Shown one piece after another: positions 20,994 through 31,346 of a stretch of DNA of 64,000 nucleotides; the first letter of the stretch is position 1, and each line of letters begins with the position of its first letter. The stretch is from an uncultured Actinomycetota bacterium (lineage in GTDB: Bacteria > Actinomycetota > Actinomycetes > Actinomycetales > Microbacteriaceae). The stretch covers positions 6,356 to 70,355 of the forward strand of contig CAWJZK010000016.1 of NCBI GenBank assembly GCA_963847285.1. The letters are read 5' to 3'. The notes beneath the pieces were generated by a model that saw only the letters and a list, made by a program, of their open reading frames with translations, was not told the DNA's origin and made no database searches. The position numbers and the translations under genes are program-made.

Positions 20994-21065
20994 CGGGCAC
21001 GTCCTTCCTGCGACCGACGCGCGTGGTCCGACCGGCGAGCGCGGCCGGTGCTCCGGCTCCGGAGA

Positions 21066-21992
21066 TCAGCCGAGCCGATCGAGCCGCCGAAGGATGAGTC
21101 CCTCGCGAAGCGCCCATGGCGAGACCTCGAGCTCGTGGACGCCGAATGCGCGCATCGCCTCGGAGAGCACGACCGCGCCGCCGACGATCTGGAAGGTGCG
21201 GTCGGCGGTGATGCCGGGCAGGGCCGGCCGCGCTTCGGAGGGGATGCGCGCGAGCCGCGGGGTCCAGTCATCGAGTCCGTCGAGGGTGAGCACGCTGCGA
21301 GCGGATGCCCCGACACCCTCCTCCTGGGAGCCCGCGAGCCGCGCGAGCGAACGGATCGTCTTCGACGAGCCGACGACGAGGTGCGGAGCGGGCAGTGCTC
21401 GGAACGGCGTGACCGCCTTGGCGAGCACCTTGGCCGCGTGCTTGCGGAGTCGAGCGACCTGCGCGGACGAAGGCGGGTCGTCGGGGAGGAACGTGACCGT
21501 CATCCGGCCGGCGCCGAGCTCGAGCGAGCGGGCGACATCCGGAATCTCGTCGACGCCCTGCGCGATCTCGAGCGAGCCGCCGCCGATGTCGAAGAGCAGG
21601 ATGCGGTCGGCCGACCAGCCGTACCAGCGCCGCACGGCGAGGAACGTGAGGCGGGCCTCGTCCTCGCCGGAGAGCACCTGCAGGTCCACGCCGGTCTCGT
21701 CGGCGACGCGCGCGAGCACGGCCTCGCCGTTCGCCGCCTCGCGGATCGCGGAGGTCGCGAACGGCAGCAGCTCCTCGATGCCCGCCTCGCGCGCAGCCGA
21801 TGCCGCCCCGGCGACGGCGCCGAGGATCGCGGCGACGCCCTCGTCGCTGATGGCACCGTCGGGCTCGAGGTAGCGCATGAGGCGGAGCACCGACTTGTGG
21901 GACGCGGTCGGGATCGGACGAGCGCCCGGGTGCGCATCCACCACGAGCAGATTCACCGTGTTGGAGCCGACGTCGAGCACACCGAGGCGCAT
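21066..21992 (-). CDS. ppx: Ppx/GppA family exopolyphosphatase
   Basis: [47 protein letters not shown]. Confidence 0.93.
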   Translation of the reverse strand: MRLGVLDVGSNTVNLLVVDAHPGARPIPTASHKSVLRLMRYLEPDGAISDEGVAAILGAVAGAASAAREAGIEELLPFATSAIREAANGEAVLARVADETGVDLQVLSGEDEARLTFLAVRRWYGWSADRILLFDIGGGSLEIAQGVDEIPDVARSLELGAGRMTVTFLPDDPPSSAQVARLRKHAAKVLAKAVTPFRALPAPHLVVGSSKTIRSLARLAGSQEEGVGASARSVLTLDGLDDWTPRLARIPSEARPALPGITADRTFQIVGGAVVLSEAMRAFGVHELEVSPWALREGLILRRLDRLG

Positions 21993-22079
21993 GCTGCGAG
22001 CGTAGCGGTTTTCGTGCATACTGAGGCGACTGGGACGATCGTCCCACTTCGATTCGGCGACGGTGTCGGGAGGTGCACG

Positions 22080-22676
22080 ATGGCACGCATCCCGGCGCCC
22101 GAGCGCCGAGCCGCCCTCGTCGGCGCCGCGCTGCGCGTCGTGTCGCAGCGCGGTATCGCGCATGCCACGACCCGTGCGATCGTCGCCGAGGCCGGGATGT
22201 CGCTCGCGAGCTTCCACTACGCATTCGACTCGCGCGACGAACTGATCGATGAGCTCATCACGACCGTGGTCGCGAGCGAGCAGCAGGCGGTGCTGCCCGA
22301 GCTCATCGAGGGACGCGAGCTGGACGAGATCATCGAGGCCGGCTTCATCGGGTACTTCGAGCACCTCCGCGCCGACCCCGAGCACGAACAGGCGATGCTC
22401 GAGCTCACGCAGTATGCGCTGCGCTCACCCGAGCGGCATCCGCTCGCGATCGCCCAATACGCGAAGTACACCGACCTCGCGGCCCGCTCGCTCGATGTCG
22501 CCGCCGATCGGGCCGGAGCGGTCTGGCGCATCCCGGTCGAGCGCGTGGCCCGAGTGCTCATCGCGTTCACCGACGGGCTCACGCTCACCTGGCTCGTCGA
22601 TCGCGACGACGATGCCGCCCGGGCGGTCGCACACGCGGCCGCCGACGCCCTCTCGAGAATGGCCGACCCCCGATGA
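22080..22676 (+). CDS. TetR family transcriptional regulator
   Basis: ATTRAIVAEAGMSLASFHYAFDSRDEL HTH; ATGA overlap with MFS gene. Confidence 0.92.
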   Translation: MARIPAPERRAALVGAALRVVSQRGIAHATTRAIVAEAGMSLASFHYAFDSRDELIDELITTVVASEQQAVLPELIEGRELDEIIEAGFIGYFEHLRADPEHEQAMLELTQYALRSPERHPLAIAQYAKYTDLAARSLDVAADRAGAVWRIPVERVARVLIAFTDGLTLTWLVDRDDDAARAVAHAAADALSRMADPR

Positions 22677-23950
22677 CGAGCCTCGACCCTGCACCGCCCG
22701 TCCCCGAACCTCTCGCCGCGCTCGGCGAACCGGTGCGCCGCGTCGGCGCGGGCTGGATCGCGTCGTTCGCGACGATCTGGTTCGGGATCTGGATCGCGCA
22801 GCTCACGCCCGTGCAGCTCCTCCTGCCGGCGCAGATCGACGCCGAACTGCACCCCGAGAACTGGGTCGACAGCGTCGTCGCGTTCGGCGCGATCTCGGGC
22901 ATCGCCGCGATCGCGACCATCATCGCCTACCCGGTCACCGGCGCGCTCTCCGACCGCACCACGTCGCGGTTCGGCCGGCGCCGGCCGTGGATCCTGGTCG
23001 GAGCGCTCGTGTTCGCGCTCGCGCTCGTCGCGCTCGGCTTCCAGACCGAGATCTGGGCCATCGGTGCGGCGTGGGTCGCGGCATCCGTCGGCTTCTGCAT
23101 CATGACGGCCGCGCTCACCGCGACGATCTCCGACCAGGTGCCGGTGAACCAGCGCGGATTCGTGTCCGGGTGGATGTCTGCGCCGCAGGCGGTCGGCATC
23201 ATCGTGGGGCTCATCCTCGTCACCGAGCTCGTCACCGATGCGACGCTCGGGTACGCACTGCTCGCGGTCATCGTCGTGGTGCTCGCGGTGCCGTTCCTGA
23301 CCCGCCACGACGAGCCGCTCGCAGCCGCCGAGCGAACGCGCGTGACCGCGAAGGGCATGCTCGCCGGCTTCTGGATCAGCCCGCTCAAGCACCCCGACTT
23401 CGGCTGGACGTTGCTCAGCCGGGTGCTCGTCTCGGTCGGCAACGCACTCGGAACGAGCCTGCTGCTCTACTTCCTCATGTTCGGTCTCGGCGACGAGAAC
23501 GCCGAGACCGACCTCATCGTGCTCACGCTCATCTACATGGTCTTCGTGATCATCGCGTCGCTCCTGCTCGGCAAGCTCTCCGACCGGCTCGGCCGCCGCA
23601 AGGTGTTCGTGTTCGTGGCGTCGGGCCTGCAGGGCCTCGCGGCGCTCCTGCTCGCGATCTTCCCCGACCTCACCGTCGCGATGATCGCGGCGGGTCTCCT
23701 CGGGCTCGGGTACGGCTGCTTCCTCTCCGTCGACCAGGCGCTTGCGACCCAGGTTCTCCCCGACGCGGCATCGCGCGGCAAGGACCTCGGCATCATGAAC
23801 ATCGCCTCTGCGGTCCCGCAGTCCATCGGCCCGCTGATCGGGGCGGTCGCCGTCGTCGCCACCGGCTCCTTCGTGCTCGTCTTCGTGCTCAGCGCGGTGT
23901 TCGCGTTCGGCGGCGCGCTCGCCGTCGCGCGGGTCCGGAGCGTGCGCTGA
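22673..23950 (+). CDS. MFS transporter
   Basis: About 12 TM helices; GALSDRTTSRFGRRRPW and GKLSDRLGRRK motif A. Confidence 0.93.
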   Translation: MTSLDPAPPVPEPLAALGEPVRRVGAGWIASFATIWFGIWIAQLTPVQLLLPAQIDAELHPENWVDSVVAFGAISGIAAIATIIAYPVTGALSDRTTSRFGRRRPWILVGALVFALALVALGFQTEIWAIGAAWVAASVGFCIMTAALTATISDQVPVNQRGFVSGWMSAPQAVGIIVGLILVTELVTDATLGYALLAVIVVVLAVPFLTRHDEPLAAAERTRVTAKGMLAGFWISPLKHPDFGWTLLSRVLVSVGNALGTSLLLYFLMFGLGDENAETDLIVLTLIYMVFVIIASLLLGKLSDRLGRRKVFVFVASGLQGLAALLLAIFPDLTVAMIAAGLLGLGYGCFLSVDQALATQVLPDAASRGKDLGIMNIASAVPQSIGPLIGAVAVVATGSFVLVFVLSAVFAFGGALAVARVRSVR

Positions 23951-25195
23951 TGCAACTCGACCTCCGAAAGCGCGGCACGGGAGCGGATGCCCCGACGTGG
24001 CGTTCTCCCGCCCGCTACTGGCCCGAGCTCACCGCCGCGACCGCCCACCTCGACGCTCCCGTCGGAGCACTGCACCTCGGCGCGCTGCGGCACAACGCCC
24101 TCGACATGCTGCGCCGAGCGAACGGCACGCCGATCCGGGTCGCCTCGAAGTCGGTGCGCGCGCGGGGAGGTCGTCGAGGCGCTCCTGCGCATGCCCGGCT
24201 ACCACGGGGTGCTCGCCTACACGCTCGCCGAGGCGCTCTGGCTCGCCGACACCGTCGACGACCTCGTCGTCGGCTATCCCACGGCGGAGCGGCGGAGCAT
24301 CCGTCGCCTCGCGAACGACCCCGACCTCGCGAGCCGTATCACGCTCATGGTCGACTCGCCGGCCCAGCTCGACCTCGTCGACTCGGTGCTGCCGCCAGGC
24401 AAGCGGGAGACGATCCGGGTGTGCCTCGAGCTCGACGCGTCGTGGGATGCCCCGGTGCTCGGGCACATCGGCGTGCGCCGCTCGCCCGTGCACGACCCCG
24501 CCGACGCGGGCGCGCTCGCCGCGTACATCGTCGCGCGGCCGGGCTTCGACCTCGTCGGCATGATGTCGTACGAGGCGCAGATCGCCGGCGTCGGAAACCG
24601 CCCGACGGGCCGCCCGGTCGACGGCGCGGTGAATCGCTGGATGCAGTCGCGCTCGATGCCCGAACTCGTCGAACGGCGCGCGCGCGCCGTCGCCGCCGTG
24701 CGCGAGCACGCGGAACTCGAGTTCGTGAACGGCGGCGGCACCGGCTCGCTCGAGGCCACGGCGGCGGATGCCTCGATCACCGAGATCGCGGCGGGCTCCG
24801 GGATCCTCGCCGGACACCTCTTCGACGGATACGCCCACTTCACGCCGGCGCCCGCCGCGGCGTTCGCGCTCGACGTCGTGCGAAGGCCGAGCCCTGCGCA
24901 CGCGACGATCCTCGGCGGCGGCTGGATCGCGTCGGGCCCACCCGGCGCCGATCGGCTCCCGAAGCCGGTCTGGCCCGAGGGGCTCGCGATGGAGCCGCGA
25001 GAGACCGCGGGCGAGGTGCAGACCCCCGTGACCGGGCGTGCTGCGCGACAGCTCGCGGTCGGCGACCGGGTCTGGTTCCGGCACACGAAGTCGGGTGAAC
25101 TCGCCGAGCACCTGAACGAGTACGCGATCGTCGACGGCGGCGAGGTCGTCGACACGATCCCGACGTATCGCGGAGAGGGGAAGGCGTTCCTGTGA
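23950..25195 (+). CDS. Alanine racemase-fold (type III PLP) amino acid aldolase/deaminase-like protein; frameshift near 24160
   Basis: PIRVASKSVR (putative PLP lysine), MSYEAQIAG, VNGGGTGS, EIAAGSG, GEVQTP, FRHTKSGE, TYRGEG. Confidence 0.85.
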
Positions 25196-26505
25196 CCGCG
25201 AGCGGAGCCACCTGGCGCAACTGGGGTCGCACGGAGTCGGTGCGGCCCCTTCGAGTGGAGCGGCCGGCCACGGCCGGCGCCGTGCAGCGCGCCGTTGCCG
25301 CCGCCGCGGCATCCGGTCTCCGCATCAAGCCCGTGGGCTCGGGCCACAGCTTCACGGGCATCGCCGTCGCGCCGGGCGTGCAGCTCGACCTCACCGACCT
25401 CTCGGGAGTCATCGACGCGGATGTCGCGACGGGGCGAGTCACGCTCGCCGCCGGCACCCGGCTGCGCGAGCTGCCGCAACTGCTGGCCCCCTACGGGCTC
25501 GCGCTGCCGAACATGGGCGACATCGACGGGCAGACGATCGCGGGCGCGACCTCGACCGGCACCCACGGCACCGGCCTCGGCTTCGGCGGACTCGCGACGC
25601 AGATCGTCGCCGCGAAGCTCGTGACGGGCACCGGAGAGCTGATCACGGTGAGCGAGACCGAGCGATCCGAGCTCCTTCCCGCCGTGCGACTCGGGCTCGG
25701 CGCGCTCGGCGTGCTCGTCGAGGTCACCCTGCAGCTCGTGCCACGATTCGTGCTGCACGCGGTCGAGCGGCCGGAGCCGCTCGCCGACGTGCTCGAGGGG
25801 TGGATGGATCGCGTACGCGATGCCGACCACTTCGAGTTCTACTGGTTCCCGCACACACAGGTTGCGCTGACCAAGACGAACTCCCGCCTGGCTGGCGACG
25901 CATCCCGCGCGCCGCTCGGCCGGATCGAACGCTGGGTCGAGGACGAGCTCCTCGCGAACGGCCTCTTCCGGGGGTTCTGCGCGCTCGGCCGCGCCGTGCC
26001 CGGCGTGACACCCTTCCTCGCACGGCAGGCCGACAAGTTCACGGGCGACCGCGACTTCACCGACTTCTCGCCGTCGGTGTTCACGACGCACCGCGGTGTG
26101 CGCTTCCGCGAGATGGAGTACGCGGTGCCGCTCGCGGCCGTGCCCGACGCGTTCCGCGAGGTGCGTGCTCTCATCGAGCGGAAGGGATGGCGCATCAGCT
26201 TCCCGATCGAGGTGCGCGCCGCGGCATCCGACGACAACTGGCTCTCGACGGCGCACGGTCGTGAGACCGGGTACCTCGCCGTGCACCGGTACTTCCGCGA
26301 GGATCCTACCGAGTACTTCGCCGCGGTCGAGGAGATCATGCGGGGCTTCGGGGGCCGGCCGCACTGGGGCAAGATGCACACGCAGACCGCCGCGACGCTG
26401 CGCGAGGTGTATCCGCACTTCGACGACTTCCTCCGGGTGCGCGACGAACTCGACCCCGAGCGGCGCTTCGCGAACCCGTACCTCGAGCGGGTGCTCGGCT
26501 CATAG
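25192..26505 (+). CDS. FAD-linked oxidase, D-arabinono-1,4-lactone oxidase / L-gulonolactone dehydrogenase family
   Basis: WRNWG, VGSGHSF, NMGDID, TGTHGTG, FREMEYAVP, FPIEVR, GRPHWGK. Confidence 0.92.
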   Translation: MTASGATWRNWGRTESVRPLRVERPATAGAVQRAVAAAAASGLRIKPVGSGHSFTGIAVAPGVQLDLTDLSGVIDADVATGRVTLAAGTRLRELPQLLAPYGLALPNMGDIDGQTIAGATSTGTHGTGLGFGGLATQIVAAKLVTGTGELITVSETERSELLPAVRLGLGALGVLVEVTLQLVPRFVLHAVERPEPLADVLEGWMDRVRDADHFEFYWFPHTQVALTKTNSRLAGDASRAPLGRIERWVEDELLANGLFRGFCALGRAVPGVTPFLARQADKFTGDRDFTDFSPSVFTTHRGVRFREMEYAVPLAAVPDAFREVRALIERKGWRISFPIEVRAAASDDNWLSTAHGRETGYLAVHRYFREDPTEYFAAVEEIMRGFGGRPHWGKMHTQTAATLREVYPHFDDFLRVRDELDPERRFANPYLERVLGS

Positions 26506-26511
26506 CGCGAC

Positions 26512-26544
26512 GGAGGGGCGGATGCCCGCGGCATCCGCCCCTCC
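26512..26544. terminator. Bidirectional hairpin built from an inverted CGGATGCC/GGCATCCG pair
   Basis: GGAGGGGCGGATGCC-CGC-GGCATCCGCCCCTCC between convergent genes. Confidence 0.8.
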
Positions 26545-26557
26545 ATCGGTTCGCGGT

Positions 26558-27417
26558 CTACAGGCCGAACGTCGCGAGCCACTCCTCGACGACCGGGATG
26601 TCGACGCGCTGGTACCCGTCGATGTACCGGCAGTTCGCGGTGTAGCCGTAGCTCGTCACGCGCGACGATCTCGTCGTCGAGGAACACCGGGCCGCCGGAG
26701 TCGCCGAAGCAGGTGCCGCCGGTGCCGCGGTTGTCGTTCTCGTTGCCGTTCGTCTGGAGGATCTGCGGCGTGAGCTTCTGACCGGGCATGTCGACGTAGC
26801 GACGCACGATCGGGTAGACTCTGGGGATCGGCTTCTGCGGTTGCCCGACGCCGTCCTGACGCACCTCGGTGCCGTAGCCGACCGCAGTGAAGAGCGTCTT
26901 CGACAGGAGGCTCTTCTGGATGCCATCGAGCGTGCCCGTTGCGGCGATCGAGGGATAGCTCGGCGCCGTTGGACTCGACCGGCTCGTCGAGCACGATGAC
27001 GCCCACGTCGTTCCAGTTGTCCATGTCGGTGAAGTCGGAGTACGCGGGGTGGGTGTACGCGGTGCCCGAGAGGTAGCCGGCGGCGGCGAGCTCCGCGGCG
27101 GTGTACCCGGCGGCCGGGGTGGCGGCGACCGGCAGGTTCGAAGGCGCAGCGTCGTCGATGAACGTGTCGAACGTCACGGCCGTCTTGCCGAGCGTGCCGC
27201 TCGTGCAGTGCGCGGCGGTGATGACGACGGTCGGGGAGACGAGGGTCGCGCTGCATCGGAAGCGGCCGGTGCTGTCGTAGAACGCGATGAGGCCGACATC
27301 GGGGTGGAGATCGCCGTCGAGGGTTCCGCCGGTGCTGGCCTGTGCGGGTGCCGCGGCGAAGGCGAGTCCGCAGACGGTGACGAGGGTCGCAAATGCGGCG
27401 AGGAGGGTTTTGCGCAT
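26558..27417 (-). CDS. Secreted trypsin-like (S1) serine protease; two frameshifts (about 26955 and 26658)
   Basis: Signal peptide MRKTLLAA...APAQA, CSATLV, TAAHC, DVGVIVL, VGYG, TCFGDSGGP spread over three frames. Confidence 0.85.
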
Positions 27418-27538
27418 CGATTTCTTTCGGGTCGGTGGTGCGGTGACGTAGGGCGTGCACCCCCACAGTGGCGGATGCACGTGGGGCGATTCTTCACCCC
27501 GATCGCCGCCCGTGTCGAGACCGCGCATGAAATCCGCG

Positions 27539-28273
27539 TCAGGGGGTGCGCCGACGCAGCGTGATCGAGCCGACGATGATGCAACCGACGATCCAGGCCG
27601 CCAGCACGAGGATCTTCGTCACGATCCATTCGGTGCTCTCGGTGTCGTCGGCAACGGCCTGGAGGGCGTCGATCGCGAAGCTGAGCGGCAGCCAGTCGCT
27701 GACCACCTCGAGCCCCTCGGGCAGCTGGTCGCGCGGGATGAAGATTCCGGCGAGGAGGACCTGCGGGAAGACGAGGACGGGCATGAACTGCACGACCTGG
27801 AACTCGGTACGGGCGAACGCGCTCGCGAGGAGCCCGAGCGCGGTGCCGAGCAGGGCGTCGGCGACGGCGACGGCGAAGAGGAGCCAGATCGAGCCCTCGA
27901 TCTCGAGTCCGCACACCCAGACCGCGAACGAGACCGCGATCGCGGTCTGGAAGATCGCGAGCAGGCCGAACGCGAGGGCGTACCCGAGGATGAAGTCGCC
28001 CTTGCCGAGCGGCATCGACAGGAACCGCTCGAGCGTGCCGCTGCGTCGCTCGCGCAGGGTCGCGATGCTCGTGACGAGGAACATCACGATGAACGGGAAG
28101 AGCGCGATCATCGCCGGGCCGATGTCGGCGAAGACGTCGGTGTCGGTGAAGATCCAGGCGACGAGGCCGATGAGCAGGCTCGGCACGACGAGCAGGAGCC
28201 CGATGGTGCGCGGGTCGTGGCGGATCTGCGTGAGCACGCGGCCGGCGGTCGCGAAGGTGCGGGTGAGGCTCAT
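27539..28273 (-). CDS. ABC-2 type transporter permease
   Basis: QIRHDPRT, LRERRSGTLER, about six TM helices. Confidence 0.92.
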   Translation of the reverse strand: MSLTRTFATAGRVLTQIRHDPRTIGLLLVVPSLLIGLVAWIFTDTDVFADIGPAMIALFPFIVMFLVTSIATLRERRSGTLERFLSMPLGKGDFILGYALAFGLLAIFQTAIAVSFAVWVCGLEIEGSIWLLFAVAVADALLGTALGLLASAFARTEFQVVQFMPVLVFPQVLLAGIFIPRDQLPEGLEVVSDWLPLSFAIDALQAVADDTESTEWIVTKILVLAAWIVGCIIVGSITLRRRTP

Positions 28274-29070
28274 CGCGGCGCCTCCGTCTCGGTCTCGGTC
28301 GCGCCGGCCGTCTCTGCCTCGGCGGGCGGGCGAAGATCGGGTTGGCCTCGCTCGATGAGCCGCAGGAACGCCTGTTCGATGTCATCGGTGCCGGTGACGT
28401 CGAGCACACCTCGCACGCTGTCGTCGGCGAGCAGCGCGCCGTCGCGCATGAGGAGCAGCCGGTCGCAGCGCTTGGCCTCGTCCATCACGTGGCTCGAGAC
28501 GAGCAACGTCGCGCCATCGTCGGCGAGGGTGCGGAAGAGTGCCCAGAGTTCGACCCGGAGCACCGGGTCGAGGCCGACGGTCGGCTCGTCCAGCACGAGC
28601 AGCTCGGGATCGCCGAGGAGCGCCGCGGCGAGCGAGACGCGGCCGCGTTGCCCACCCGAGAGCGAGCCGGCGAGCCGGTTCGCGACCGAGCCGAGATCGG
28701 TGCGTTCGATGACACGGTCGACATCGGATGCCGGTGCGCCGAGGATGCGGCGGAAGTACGCGAGATTCTGGCGCACCGTGAGGTCGTCGTACACGCTCAC
28801 CTGCTGGGTGACGTAGGCGACGCGCTGCCGAAGCGCACGTGTGCCGGCGGGCAGGCCGAGGACCTCGATCGTGCCGGACTTCACGACCTGCACGCCGACG
28901 ATCGCTCGCATGAGCGTGGTCTTGCCGCTGCCGCTCGGCCCCAGGAGGCCCACGATTCGTCCTCGCGGAACCGCGAGCGAGAGCCCTTCGAGTACCGGGA
29001 TGCCGGCCCGGTTCACGTGGAGGTCCTCGACGATGACCGCGGCGCCGGATGCGGCATCCGTTTTATTCAT
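28270..29070 (-). CDS. ABC transporter ATP-binding protein
   Basis: GPSGSGKTT, LSGGQRGR, LVLDEPTVGLDP, SSHVMDEA. Confidence 0.94.
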   Translation of the reverse strand: MNKTDAASGAAVIVEDLHVNRAGIPVLEGLSLAVPRGRIVGLLGPSGSGKTTLMRAIVGVQVVKSGTIEVLGLPAGTRALRQRVAYVTQQVSVYDDLTVRQNLAYFRRILGAPASDVDRVIERTDLGSVANRLAGSLSGGQRGRVSLAAALLGDPELLVLDEPTVGLDPVLRVELWALFRTLADDGATLLVSSHVMDEAKRCDRLLLMRDGALLADDSVRGVLDVTGTDDIEQAFLRLIERGQPDLRPPAEAETAGATETETEAPR

Positions 29071-29725
29071 CATGTGCGGAATTCTGCGCCGAAGGCCCGA
29101 CCGTGTCAAGGGTTCCCGGACGACCGGTGAGATGCCATTGCACCGCCGGGGCGACCCGGCGCACGAGCTCCTCGATGTCGACCGAGGCGAGCGGCTCGAA
29201 CGCGAGCACGTAGCGCACCATGATGACGCCGACGAGCTGCGATGCGGCGAGCTCGGCCCGGAGCTCGGCGTCGTCGGCGTCGCCGAGCACTGCCGCGATG
29301 CGATGCATGATCTCGCGGCGCAGGAACTCGCGGAGCATGCGCGCGACCGGCCCCTGGCCGATCGCGGAGCGGAGTGCTGCGACCGCAGCGGGCCTGACCG
29401 GACCGGAGTCCCACGCCGTGAGCACGGCGCGGACGAGCCGCTCGCCGAGCTCGTCGGCAGGCCCGTCGAGCGCGGCCTGCACGAGGCGGTCGGGCCGGAG
29501 GGGAACCGAGACGACCTCGGCGACGAGTGCCTGCTTGTCGTCGAAGTAGTGGTGCACGAGCGCCGGGTCGACGTCGGCGCGTCGAGCGATCGCCCGCATC
29601 GAGGCCGCCTCGTAGCCGTGCTCGCCGAACTCGGCCGTCGCCGCGTCGAGGATGCGGGCCCTCGTGTCGCCGGCCTTCGCGCCGCGGGGCCGACCACGAC
29701 GTCGGGGTTCCGAACGGTCCACCAC
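29063..29725 (-). CDS. TetR family transcriptional regulator
   Basis: RRRGRP, ASMRAIARRADVDPALVHHYF. Confidence 0.92.
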   Translation of the reverse strand: MVDRSEPRRRGRPRGAKAGDTRARILDAATAEFGEHGYEAASMRAIARRADVDPALVHHYFDDKQALVAEVVSVPLRPDRLVQAALDGPADELGERLVRAVLTAWDSGPVRPAAVAALRSAIGQGPVARMLREFLRREIMHRIAAVLGDADDAELRAELAASQLVGVIMVRYVLAFEPLASVDIEELVRRVAPAVQWHLTGRPGTLDTVGPSAQNSAHDE

Positions 29726-29858
29726 AGGCTGAGCCTACGCCCGGAGGCGGCAGCGGGGTTCCTTCGAGTCTCATGGGAAGGGCGAGGGGCGACGGGTGCC
29801 GCTCGATAAGATGAGGGCACACCCCGATTCGTTGCTCAGAGGCCTAGGAGTCCGCGCC

Positions 29859-30425
29859 ATGGAATGGCTCATCCCCGTCATCATCGTCGTCGCGCTCGTG
29901 GTGATCATCGGAATCTACCTCTGGGCCACCTACAACTCGCTGGTCACGCTGAACGTGCGGGTCGACGAGGCGTGGAGCGACATCACGGTGCAGCTCAAGC
30001 GTCGCGCCGATCTGATCCCGAACCTCATCGAGGCGGTCAAGGGCTATGCAGCGCATGAGAAGGCGGTGTTCGAGAACGTCACCAAGGCGCGCGCCGAGAC
30101 ACTCAGCGCGCAGGGACCGGCCGAGGCCGGTGCCGCCGAGAACCACATGCAGCAGGCCCTGAAGTCGATCTTCGCGGTCGCCGAGGCGTACCCGCAGCTC
30201 CAGGCGAGCCAGAACTTCCTGCAGCTGCAGGCCGAGCTCGTCGACACCGAAGACAAGATCCAGGCCTCGCGGCGCTTCTACAACGGCGGTGTGCGCGAGC
30301 TGAACACGAAGATCAAGGTCTTCCCGAACACGTTCTTCGTGCGCGGCCTCGGCTTCCACGAGCGCGACTTCTTCGAGGTCACGGAGCCCGCGGCGATCGC
30401 CGAGCCTCCGCGCGTGCAGTTCTAA
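29859..30425 (+). CDS. lemA: LemA family protein
   Basis: N-terminal TM, QLKRRADLIPNL, AEAYPQLQAS, SRRFYN. Confidence 0.95.
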   Translation: MEWLIPVIIVVALVVIIGIYLWATYNSLVTLNVRVDEAWSDITVQLKRRADLIPNLIEAVKGYAAHEKAVFENVTKARAETLSAQGPAEAGAAENHMQQALKSIFAVAEAYPQLQASQNFLQLQAELVDTEDKIQASRRFYNGGVRELNTKIKVFPNTFFVRGLGFHERDFFEVTEPAAIAEPPRVQF

Positions 30426-30434
30426 GGGCCGGCG

Positions 30435-31310
30435 TTGTACCGAGCGATAGCCAAGAACAAACGCAACACCGTCTTCATCATCATCTTCTTCCTCGCCATC
30501 ATCGGCGGGTTGGGCTGGCTGGCGGCGGTCGTCTACCAGAACGTCACGATCGTGATCGTGACGCTCGTGATCGCCATCGGCTACGCGCTGCTCCAGTACT
30601 TCACGGCCGACCGGCAGGCGCTCGCGATATCGGGCGCAGTCGAGCTGAAGAGCAAGGCCGATCACCCGCGCCTCTGGCGCACCGTCGAGAACCTCTCGAT
30701 CACGACCGGCACGCCGATGCCCCGCGTCTTCGTCATCTCCGACCCCGCGCCGAACGCGTTCGCCACGGGTCGCGACCCCGAGCACGCCGTCGTCGCGGCG
30801 ACGACCGGGCTCCTCGAGATCATGGACGACGCCGAACTCGAGGGCGTCATGGCCCATGAGCTCGGCCACGTGCGCAACTACGACATCCGGCTGTCGATGA
30901 TCGTGTTCGGCCTTGTGGTGGCCGTCGGATTCATCTCCGACATCCTCGTGCGCATGACCTTCTTCGGGCGGGGGAACAACAACCAGAACCCGATCGTGCT
31001 GATCTTCGGCCTCGTCGCGCTGCTCATCGCCCCGCTCGTGGCAAGCATCGTGCAGCTCGCGGTCTCCCGGCAGCGGGAGTACCTCGCGGATGCCACGGGC
31101 GCGATCACGACGCGGCACCCCGACGCCCTCGCCCGGGCGCTCGAGAAGCTCGAGGCCTACGGACGGCCGATGCGACGCCAGAACTCCTCGATGGCGCACC
31201 TCTGGATCGCCGACCCGCTGAAGCCCGGCGTCTTCGACCGTCTGTTCGCGACGCACCCGCCGATCCCCGAGCGCGTCAAGCGCCTCGAGGAGATGGGCGG
31301 CGCCTTCTAG
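30435..31310 (+). CDS. htpX: M48 zinc metalloprotease, HtpX-like
   Basis: PNAFATG, HELGH zinc motif, SRQREYLADA, THPP. Confidence 0.9.
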   Translation: MYRAIAKNKRNTVFIIIFFLAIIGGLGWLAAVVYQNVTIVIVTLVIAIGYALLQYFTADRQALAISGAVELKSKADHPRLWRTVENLSITTGTPMPRVFVISDPAPNAFATGRDPEHAVVAATTGLLEIMDDAELEGVMAHELGHVRNYDIRLSMIVFGLVVAVGFISDILVRMTFFGRGNNNQNPIVLIFGLVALLIAPLVASIVQLAVSRQREYLADATGAITTRHPDALARALEKLEAYGRPMRRQNSSMAHLWIADPLKPGVFDRLFATHPPIPERVKRLEEMGGAF

Positions 31311-31346
31311 GCTGCCGGGCCGAGCTGCCGCCTCGAGCTGCCGGCT

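Noticed and set aside
20994-21065. Integrated element at tRNA-Leu
   Set aside because: ppx ends about 70 bp downstream; no integrase and no duplicated tRNA 3' end seen.
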